31,128 nucleotides of DNA from Bdellovibrionota bacterium (lineage in GTDB: Bacteria; Bdellovibrionota_C; UBA2361; OMII01), in contig JBIKWQ010000038.1 of the NCBI GenBank assembly GCA_044356215.1, positions 1 to 31,128 of the forward strand, in the 5' to 3' direction. Below the pieces are notes generated by a model. The model did no database searches and had not been told where the DNA came from. It worked only from the letters and a program-made list of their open reading frames with translations. The translations under genes were made by a program, and so were the position numbers. This document shows, one piece after another, positions 18,685 through 25,856 of this stretch (position 1 is its first letter; each line of letters starts with the position of its first letter).

Positions 18685-19500
18685 TTGATCGTGGCGAGAA
18701 GTAAATTAAGTTACCTAAAATATAGATTCGATAAGTACCAGGTATACACCGATGCGGTCCAGTCACCTGAACACGACGCCAAGTTTCTCAAGACTCTCTA
18801 TGTAAAATTAGTAGGGCGGCAACCGGTCACACTGCGCGAGGATTTCTGCGGTACGCACGCTCTGGCTAGGGCGTGGGTGGATCTCTCTAAGGACTTTAAG
18901 GCGATCGGAGTAGAGATTGATCCTGAGCCGATTAAATACGGAAAAGAGCGTGATAAGCTCGAGTTGTCTCCAGAGAAGCTCGCTAGGCTTAAAGTTCTAA
19001 GGCGTAACGTTCTATCCGCAGGGCTACCTAAAGCGGATCTCATCTGCGCGTTTAATTTTAGTTACTTCTGTTTTCATTCCAGAGCGCTTTTGCTTCAGTA
19101 TTTCAAGCGTGTCAGGAGCTCTCTTAACCGAGATGGGTTTTTTATCCTAGATATCTTTGGAGGAACTCAACACGGCGCCCCTTCGTGTGATACAAAGAGG
19201 CTTCCCGGGATGCGTTATGAGTTTGAGCAGGAGTTCTTTGATCCGATCTCTAATAGCACTCGCTTTTATTTAAATTTCTATCCTCGCGGACAAAAGGCTC
19301 GCAAGCGCGCGTTTAGCTATGATTGGCGCATGTGGAGTATCCCTGAGGTTCGAGATGTCTTAATTGACGCTGGATTTAAGACGACTAAGGTGTATTGGGA
19401 AGGAACCGGCCGAGATGGTCGTGGTAGTGGCGTGTATCATCCACGAGAGAAGGGCGAGTCGTGTCAGGTGTGGACAGCTTATATAGTCGCTATTCCGTGA
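18685..19500 (+). CDS. Class I SAM-dependent methyltransferase
   Basis: LREDFCGT motif I, GVEID, AFNFSY and GFFILDIFGG; start TTG18685 or GTG18691. Confidence 0.8.
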   Translation: MIVARSKLSYLKYRFDKYQVYTDAVQSPEHDAKFLKTLYVKLVGRQPVTLREDFCGTHALARAWVDLSKDFKAIGVEIDPEPIKYGKERDKLELSPEKLARLKVLRRNVLSAGLPKADLICAFNFSYFCFHSRALLLQYFKRVRSSLNRDGFFILDIFGGTQHGAPSCDTKRLPGMRYEFEQEFFDPISNSTRFYLNFYPRGQKARKRAFSYDWRMWSIPEVRDVLIDAGFKTTKVYWEGTGRDGRGSGVYHPREKGESCQVWTAYIVAIP

Positions 19501-19570
19501 ATAATCTTTTTAGTGCTAGGTTCCATAGCTCAAATAGTCCGAGCGCCCATTCAACTATAGTCGATCTCCT

Positions 19571-19659
19571 CCTCTGTGTTACTCTGTGCTCCTCTGTGGT
19601 TTCACCCTAAATGCTTGGGAAAGGAGGAAACCACAGAGGTACACAGAGGATCGCAGAGG
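19571..19659. repeat. CTCTGTG/CACAGAG hairpin repeat, arm-swapped variant, between convergent genes
   Basis: CCTCTGTGTT-ACTCTGTGCT-CCTCTGTGGTTTC pairs imperfectly with GAAACCACAGAGG-TACACAGAGG-ATCGCAGAGG. Confidence 0.85.
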
Positions 19660-19714
19660 CCAGAGCTCGAATAGTTGGCGCACTATGTTCAGACCCGCTA
19701 GAGCTCTTATAGGA

Positions 19715-20092
19715 CTATTCCTTACTTGCATTCGTAGTCTCGCACCCGCCAGCTATTCGGTTTACATGAATATCGATTAGCTTAACCAGGATTCCGCGGC
19801 CTTTAATCGGGGGGCACGTTACTGAGTAAGATCGAGTGTAATCTTTGTACCGCCGCTCCACTGAGAAATTTTTTGTCCCAGCGGGTAAAATGAGTTTCTC
19901 TCCTGGCTTAAGCGAGGCGAACTTGCCTCCTCCAGAAACTGTGATCACGTTGTAGCTGCTATCTTGAGAATCATTTTTGATCATGATCTGATCGTTGGGT
20001 GGGCGATCGCCCCCGCAGGCGCTCAGCGAGAGGGCCAAGAATAGCCAAAGTGACGCGAGACATAAGCTTTTGATGTGGAACAGAACAAACAC
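19715..20092 (-). CDS. Hypothetical lipoprotein
   Basis: Hydrophobic stretch ending in lipobox LSAC-GG, then a beta-rich domain with two further Cys. Probable start GTG20092 rather than 20197. Confidence 0.7.
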   Translation of the reverse strand: MFVLFHIKSLCLASLWLFLALSLSACGGDRPPNDQIMIKNDSQDSSYNVITVSGGGKFASLKPGEKLILPAGTKNFSVERRYKDYTRSYSVTCPPIKGRGILVKLIDIHVNRIAGGCETTNASKE

Positions 20093-20380
20093 TCGCAGAG
20101 CCGTGTCACACGGGGTAAGGGAGCGATTGTGACAAGCGTCCAAGCTCTCGAATTCGCTAGCTGTTTGGCCCAAATCTGGACATTCTGTGAGTGACATAAC
20201 AATTTCTATTACTATATGACCTAAGAATAGCGACCGCGAGCCTTAAAACAGGCCATCTGCCCAAAATCACACTGTATTTTAAAAGTGTGCTTTAAATGGA
20301 AGCACTTTAGGCGGTTATTCAGATATGTACTTATCAGGGCGTTCCTGAGGTTAAAAACAATTTTTAAAGGTGGTGACGAA

Positions 20381-20707
20381 ATGAACAGCGACGAGACAAA
20401 ACCCCAGAATTTTTTCGAGAAGTTTGGTTGTGAAGTCGCGTTCGGCGAAGTTGAGATCGGAACGACCTATCCGCTTTATGGAATGATCACCAAGATTATC
20501 GATGACACCCCGGGTCACGTAATAGTAGAGCTTAACTTTTCAATAACAGCGACGATGACTATTCCGGATGTGGAGAAAGTTGAGCTTCTTAAAGAGCGAG
20601 CTTTTGAGCCGGGAATCTTTGTCTCCACCGTCAAAGCTAAAGATCCCAAGTTAGAGGTTGATTGCAGCACCGTGGTGTTCGGCAAGAAGCAGGGATTTGC
20701 GGCGTAA
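20381..20707 (+). CDS. Small cytoplasmic hypothetical protein (108 aa)
   Basis: ATG20381 is preceded by an AAGGTGGTG SD-like sequence; the translation looks like a globular, beta-rich protein. Confidence 0.75.
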   Translation: MNSDETKPQNFFEKFGCEVAFGEVEIGTTYPLYGMITKIIDDTPGHVIVELNFSITATMTIPDVEKVELLKERAFEPGIFVSTVKAKDPKLEVDCSTVVFGKKQGFAA

Positions 20708-20797
20708 GAGTGGTATTATCCAGCCCTTTTAGGGAGGTGTCTTTTCCCTGATTTCTGTCTAGAATAGCGACATTGATAGATAGTAGGGATTTAAACG

Positions 20798-21463
20798 ATG
20801 TCGCAAAACGCCGCTGCCGCAGGTGGCTCAAATGAAACTAACTCAAATGCTCAGTCTCCCCAAAGCACTTGGGGAGAGGTGGTGTCTTTCTTTAAGACGC
20901 TCGGGTTCATTTTAGCCCTAGCGTTTGGAATACGAGTAACTATCGTCGAGCCATTTAAGATCCCGTCAGGATCAATGATCCCTACCCTTGAGATCGGCGA
21001 TTTCATTCTTGTAATAAAATTTAATTACGGGCTAAGGATGCCCTTTATGACCAGATCGGCTGTCTCATGGGGCGCTCCTGCCAGGGGCGATGTAGTTGTT
21101 TTTACCAGGCCCGATGATCCCAATACTCCGGATGAGGACGACTCAAAGATTAATATCATTAAGAGGGTAGTCGGATTGCCTGGAGAATCGGTTGAAGTGC
21201 GTGGTGCTAAGGTTTATATCAATGGCAAGCCACTCGATGAGCCGTACACAAGATGGGCTGAGGGTGGCAAGTTTGAGGGCGGCTTTGGACCAAAGCGGGT
21301 GCCAGAGGGACACGTTCTACTTTTGGGAGATAACCGTGATAACTCAAAGGACTCCCGGTTCTGGACCGATCCATTTCTTGACCAGCGCCGCATCAAGGGA
21401 AAAGCAGTCCTGATCTTCTGGTCTTTTGACAGCTTCTCAAGGATTTTTACCCGCATAAGATGA
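20798..21463 (+). CDS. lepB: Signal peptidase I
   Basis: IPSGSMIPTL (Ser), RGDVVVF, IKRVVGLPG (Lys) and GDNRDNSKDSR. Confidence 0.95.
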   Translation: MSQNAAAAGGSNETNSNAQSPQSTWGEVVSFFKTLGFILALAFGIRVTIVEPFKIPSGSMIPTLEIGDFILVIKFNYGLRMPFMTRSAVSWGAPARGDVVVFTRPDDPNTPDEDDSKINIIKRVVGLPGESVEVRGAKVYINGKPLDEPYTRWAEGGKFEGGFGPKRVPEGHVLLLGDNRDNSKDSRFWTDPFLDQRRIKGKAVLIFWSFDSFSRIFTRIR

Positions 21464-22329
21464 TTTCTAAGTGGTTCCCGATCGATAGTGCCGTTACCTT
21501 CAAAGTTTCTGGAAAGGACTCCATCCGCTATCTACACAACCGGCTATCAAACGATATCCGCGCCCTAGGAGTGGGAGCTAGCGGCCTTGCGGCGGCTCTC
21601 TCGGCCCAGGGGAGGGTTGAAGGGTTGTTCTCTGTGTCCCGAATAGGTGAGAGTGAGTTTCTTCTCTCTAGTGATGGTGGAGACGCGACTAAGCTCTCAG
21701 AGATTATCAGGCGCTTTGTTGTGGCTGATCGGGTTACCTTTGAAGATATCACCAAAGATCTCGCTGTAGTTCATATTGCGGTATCAAGAGATGACTTGTA
21801 TCCCAAGCTCAAAGACCTGGGAGTTGTCCCTCTAAGCATCATGGACCGAGCGCGCCTATCTTCCTTTGGTGTTGATATCGTAATTAACATCTCTGATGCC
21901 GCGATAGTTCAACAGAGCTTCGGGGAGCCGCTCAGTAAAGCAAACTACGATCTTCTTCGGTGGGAGTTTGGAACCCCAGTATATCCTTCTGAGGTAAATG
22001 ATGGCGGTATGCTATTAGAGTACGGTCTTCGCAACGCAGTATCCTTCACGAAGGGGTGCTATGTCGGCCAAGAGGTAGTTGAGAGGAGTGACGCAATCGG
22101 TAAGCTACCCCGCCAAATAGCGCGGATTCGCTTAACTGGCAGCGATTCGGTTTCAGGAGGTGAGAGTGTGGTAACTCTATCGGGGGAGGCGCTTGGCAAG
22201 GTGGTAAGCGTCATACCGGACCCAGAGCAAAAGGGTTTGTTACTGTTTGCTCTTTTAAAGAGTGAAAAGTATAAAGATGGGGACGCAGTAATAATAGCTG
22301 GTCGTCAAGGTCAAGTTCATGGAGGCTGA
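21460..22329 (+). CDS. ygfZ: YgfZ/GcvT-family folate-binding Fe-S maturation protein
   Basis: SFTKGCYVGQE signature; ATGA overlap with lepB. Confidence 0.88.
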   Translation: MISKWFPIDSAVTFKVSGKDSIRYLHNRLSNDIRALGVGASGLAAALSAQGRVEGLFSVSRIGESEFLLSSDGGDATKLSEIIRRFVVADRVTFEDITKDLAVVHIAVSRDDLYPKLKDLGVVPLSIMDRARLSSFGVDIVINISDAAIVQQSFGEPLSKANYDLLRWEFGTPVYPSEVNDGGMLLEYGLRNAVSFTKGCYVGQEVVERSDAIGKLPRQIARIRLTGSDSVSGGESVVTLSGEALGKVVSVIPDPEQKGLLLFALLKSEKYKDGDAVIIAGRQGQVHGG

Positions 22330-22333
22330 TAAG

Positions 22334-23014
22334 ATGAATAATTCTGGAATTAATCACGGAGCAGTTGTTGATTTCTTAGTTAAAAGCGGCGTTCTTAAAT
22401 TCGGAGATTTCACCTTAAAGTCGGGTCGTCAGGCTCCATACTTTGTAAACACCGGCTCTTTTGACGATGGGGCGAAGATCAGCGAGCTATCCAAGTTTTA
22501 CGCCCAGCAGATAATCTCGCTTGGCCTGCAGAACGTAGACGCGGTGTTTGGGCCAGCTTACAAAGGTATCCCGCTCTGTGTCGCTACGGCGATGAGTTTG
22601 TCGCGTGATTTCGGAATCGCTATGCCGTTCTGTTTTAACCGCAAAGAGGCGAAGACTCGCGGTGAAGGTGGAGAGTTTGTCGGCAAGCCTCTAAAGCCAG
22701 GCATGCGTGTAGTGATCGTAGAGGATGTAGTTACTGCAGGTACAACACTACAAGAGGTAGTTCCTGTTCTGCGTGATAAAGTTGGAGTTGAGATAGCTGG
22801 GGTAATTATCCTTGTTGACCGAGATGAGCGTGGAGCTGGTGAGCTCTCAGCGGTTAAAGAAGCTGAGCGAGATCTAAATATCAAAGTTACTTCGATTATC
22901 GATATAAAGAAGATTATCTCGTATCTCTCAAGCGAGAACTCCTCAGGTTTTAAGATCGACGGAGAACTTCAAAAGAGAGTTGCTTCGTATCGTGAGCAAT
23001 ACGGGGCTAGCTAG
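22334..23014 (+). CDS. pyrE: Orotate phosphoribosyltransferase
   Basis: FGDFTLKSGR, GPAYKGIP, NRKEAK and VEDVVTAG; GGAGG lies 8 nt before ATG22334. Confidence 0.96.
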   Translation: MNNSGINHGAVVDFLVKSGVLKFGDFTLKSGRQAPYFVNTGSFDDGAKISELSKFYAQQIISLGLQNVDAVFGPAYKGIPLCVATAMSLSRDFGIAMPFCFNRKEAKTRGEGGEFVGKPLKPGMRVVIVEDVVTAGTTLQEVVPVLRDKVGVEIAGVIILVDRDERGAGELSAVKEAERDLNIKVTSIIDIKKIISYLSSENSSGFKIDGELQKRVASYREQYGAS

Positions 23015-23019
23015 TAGCT

Positions 23020-23523
23020 ATGGGTATCTTGGTTCGTTCGGTTTTAATAGCTCTCATCTGCCTTTTGTCGGTGTCTCAGACAGCTTTAGCCGCTCCATCA
23101 GATGCTGAGCTAGATAAGCGAGCCTATCAACTCTATCAGCAGGTTTTAAGTCCATTCTGCGCGGGGCGCTCGCTTAACGATTGTCCAAGCTCAAAGGCGC
23201 ACGATCTAAAGCTTCAGATGCGCCAGCGTTTAGCTGCAGGTGACTCAGATGAGGTTATCCTCGCTGATTTTCTAAAAGAGTTTGGAGAGAAGTACAGGGC
23301 CGTTCCGGAGTACTCAGGTTTTGGGTTGTTCGCTTGGTGGATGCCGATAGCGTTCTTGGCTTTGGGAGCTATTGTGGCTTTAAGGCTTGCTATTTCTAAG
23401 CGCGGCAAGGAAGCAATGCCTGGCAAGGAGTTGCGGGATGGCTCTGAGGTTAGCGGATCCGAGAGAGCTGTTAGTGAGGAGCTTCGAAGGGAGATTGAGG
23501 CGGAGCTTAAGAGGATTGAATAG
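23020..23523 (+). CDS. ccmH: CcmH/CycL/NrfF-like cytochrome c biogenesis protein
   Basis: Signal peptide, LSPFC-x7-C, GDSDEVI...FGE, and a TM segment with WWMP. Confidence 0.75.
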   Translation: MGILVRSVLIALICLLSVSQTALAAPSDAELDKRAYQLYQQVLSPFCAGRSLNDCPSSKAHDLKLQMRQRLAAGDSDEVILADFLKEFGEKYRAVPEYSGFGLFAWWMPIAFLALGAIVALRLAISKRGKEAMPGKELRDGSEVSGSERAVSEELRREIEAELKRIE

Positions 23524-23573
23524 ATATCCTTGGCGAATACCGACGCGGCTGAGGGAGGCTGGTGCCACGCCCC

Positions 23574-24746
23574 TTACCCCACAGCCTCCCACCGCACGAT
23601 CTTGATACCCTCAAGCTTTAACTCATGGGGCTTAGATCCCAAGCATAGCAGGCGAGCGTGAGGTGCTTTATCTTGGAACGCCTTAAGAATAGCGAATTGA
23701 CGCGAGTCAAAGCTCTCCTGAGGTAGGATCTTGATAGCAGTTAAATCCTTTCCATCGGCCTCTACCAGATCTATCACTGAGCCTTTGGTGTTTCTGTAAT
23801 AGTAGTACTGCCTATTGGTGTTAGCGTACGAGTTTTTGGCCAGTAGCTCATTTATAGCGAAAGTGCGGAGCGATTTGTCCAAGTCAGCGCCGTAGATCCC
23901 GAGCAGTCCAACGTCGCAGAGGAAGTATATCGGCTTACCGGTTCCTAGCGGATGTGGCGGAATCTTGACTATCACGAAGAGAGTTTCAAGGATTTCAAGG
24001 TGACGCTGCACGGTTCTGGCGTTTCTACCTGTGTATTTGGCGATATTACTTAGATCTGGGTGCTCAAGTCTGGCGATCCCTTCAATAATCGCACGAGCCA
24101 GAGATGAGTCAGCCTTGGTCCTTGGGAATGTGTGAATATCACGCTCAACTGTGAGATCGATCCAATCCTTCAACAGGCTATTGCGATAGCTCTTATTGTT
24201 TGTGGTAAAGATCCCAGGAAATCCGCCACGTTCCAGGTATCGTAGCAGATCGGAGCGGGGTATCTCGTTCTCCTCGTTGATCCCGGATTTGGTGTTCATG
24301 AGATTAAACGGTTGGTGTCTAGATTCAGCTAGTGTGAATGGATAAAGCCGTATCCGGGAGAGTCTTCCTGTCAGTGACTCTCGGACCATCGCCAGCCGCG
24401 AAAACTCTGTTGAGCCAAGGATTACAAATTGTCCCGGCCTGCGGCGCTCATCAACTGCGAGCTTAAGCGCATCGAAGATATCCGGAACTTTTTGCGCCTC
24501 GTCGATAATCAACGGATCCGCGTCGGAGTACTGAGCTAGATAACTGTCGGGATTCTTAGCCGCGAAGCTGCGCTCATTTGCGCTATCAAAAGTCTGGTAT
24601 ACGGCGCGTGAGCGAGAACCCGCCAGAAGCTTCTTAGCCAAGAAGCTCTTTCCGCACTGTCTAGGCCCCTGAATGGCGACAATAGGCGAGTAGGCCATAC
24701 GCTCTTTAACTAGGGCCAGTGAATATCGCTTTCTTAGATGAGTCAT
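23574..24746 (-). CDS. AAA_14 ATPase with DUF4143 C-terminal domain
   Basis: GPRQCGKS, IIDEAQK, ESLTGR, GGFP, YFLCDVGL and YYR...IDL. Confidence 0.88.
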   Translation of the reverse strand: MTHLRKRYSLALVKERMAYSPIVAIQGPRQCGKSFLAKKLLAGSRSRAVYQTFDSANERSFAAKNPDSYLAQYSDADPLIIDEAQKVPDIFDALKLAVDERRRPGQFVILGSTEFSRLAMVRESLTGRLSRIRLYPFTLAESRHQPFNLMNTKSGINEENEIPRSDLLRYLERGGFPGIFTTNNKSYRNSLLKDWIDLTVERDIHTFPRTKADSSLARAIIEGIARLEHPDLSNIAKYTGRNARTVQRHLEILETLFVIVKIPPHPLGTGKPIYFLCDVGLLGIYGADLDKSLRTFAINELLAKNSYANTNRQYYYYRNTKGSVIDLVEADGKDLTAIKILPQESFDSRQFAILKAFQDKAPHARLLCLGSKPHELKLEGIKIVRWEAVG

Positions 24747-24819
24747 TATAAAGTGAAAAATAGTAGTAGGCGTATTAAGTATAGTAGTATCAGTATGTTA
24801 TACTTATATACAGCATTTT

Positions 24820-24863
24820 AACCCTTCCAATTATTGCATTTAGATGCATAAATTGGAAGGGTT
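24820..24863. promoter_or_regulatory. 44-bp near-perfect inverted repeat in a divergent intergenic region
   Basis: AACCCTTCCAATT-AT-TGCAT-TTAG-ATGCA-TA-AATTGGAAGGGTT. Confidence 0.6.
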
Positions 24864-25008
24864 GATTCATCCTTGGGAGCTTTTCACGGCATTTCCCCCT
24901 AGCTAATTTGCTTAGCCCCTTCATTTGCTGGAAAATGATCCTAGGGGCTTCTGCTAGCCAAGAGCACCCCAAATAAGCAGTCTAATAATTAGCCAGGGAT
25001 GGCGAGAG

Positions 25009-25689
25009 ATGGAGTCGGTCAGAGGAAATTTTATCGCGGCGTCACAGAGAACCCCTCGTGGTGATCTGACTTACGGCGCATGGACCGAGATCTTGGACAG
25101 TGCTTCCTCGTCTTTAGTTTTTTTACGGATACTGCCGCGGATATTTGTGATCGCCTTAGCGTTAGCGCTAATTGTTCAAGCTTTCATCGTTCAGAGCTTT
25201 TATATCCCATCATCATCGATGCAACCCACTTTAGAGCGTGATGATTGTGTGGTGGTGCCTAAGTTCGCCTACGGAATTAGAGTCCCTTTCTTCGATAGTT
25301 TAGCTATCTCATGGAGCGCTCCAGAGCGCGGTCGTGTAGTTGTTTTTCACCGGCATGATGATCCGGCAACTGAGATTAACGAGGGGCAGGGAGCGTTAGT
25401 TAAGCGGGTGATCGGTATAGCAGGTGATGAGGTTTCGATAGAGGGTCATGATGTTTTTGTAAACGGTGAGCGGATAGCCGAGCCGTATGTACGTTGGACT
25501 AACGATACGCCTCATCAAAGGATCTCATTTACGGTCCCAAATAGCCGAGTTTTTCTGTTAGGCGATAACCGCGATGCCTCGTATGATTCAAGATTCTGGA
25601 GCGAGCCTTTTGTTCCGCTAAGTAAGATAGTTGGTCCAGCTTCGGCGGTGTATTGGTCGGCTAATCGTTCGGCGCGGATGGTTTACTAA
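25009..25689 (+). CDS. lepB: Signal peptidase I, second paralog
   Basis: IPSSSMQPTL, RGRVVVF, VKRVIGIAGD and GDNRDASYDSR; catalytic Ser and Lys are retained. Confidence 0.92.
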   Translation: MESVRGNFIAASQRTPRGDLTYGAWTEILDSASSSLVFLRILPRIFVIALALALIVQAFIVQSFYIPSSSMQPTLERDDCVVVPKFAYGIRVPFFDSLAISWSAPERGRVVVFHRHDDPATEINEGQGALVKRVIGIAGDEVSIEGHDVFVNGERIAEPYVRWTNDTPHQRISFTVPNSRVFLLGDNRDASYDSRFWSEPFVPLSKIVGPASAVYWSANRSARMVY

Positions 25690-25751
25690 GGTTGGAGATA
25701 GCTAAAACCTTAGTTTATTCAGCAAGTAACAAATAAAAACATAAAATACAC

Positions 25752-25779
25752 TCAAGTTCTTTGGTTTAACCGCCGATGG
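25752..25779 (+). promoter_or_regulatory. Putative sigma28 (FliA-type) promoter upstream of the FG-GAP gene
   Basis: TCAAGTTC-N12-GCCGATGG with an A-rich UP-like tract upstream. Confidence 0.55.
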
Positions 25780-25856
25780 GAATTATGAGGGGTTAGCGGT
25801 AGACACTACTAAGACATCTTATTAGTGGAGCTAAGAATTGTTAGTGCCCCCCCCTG

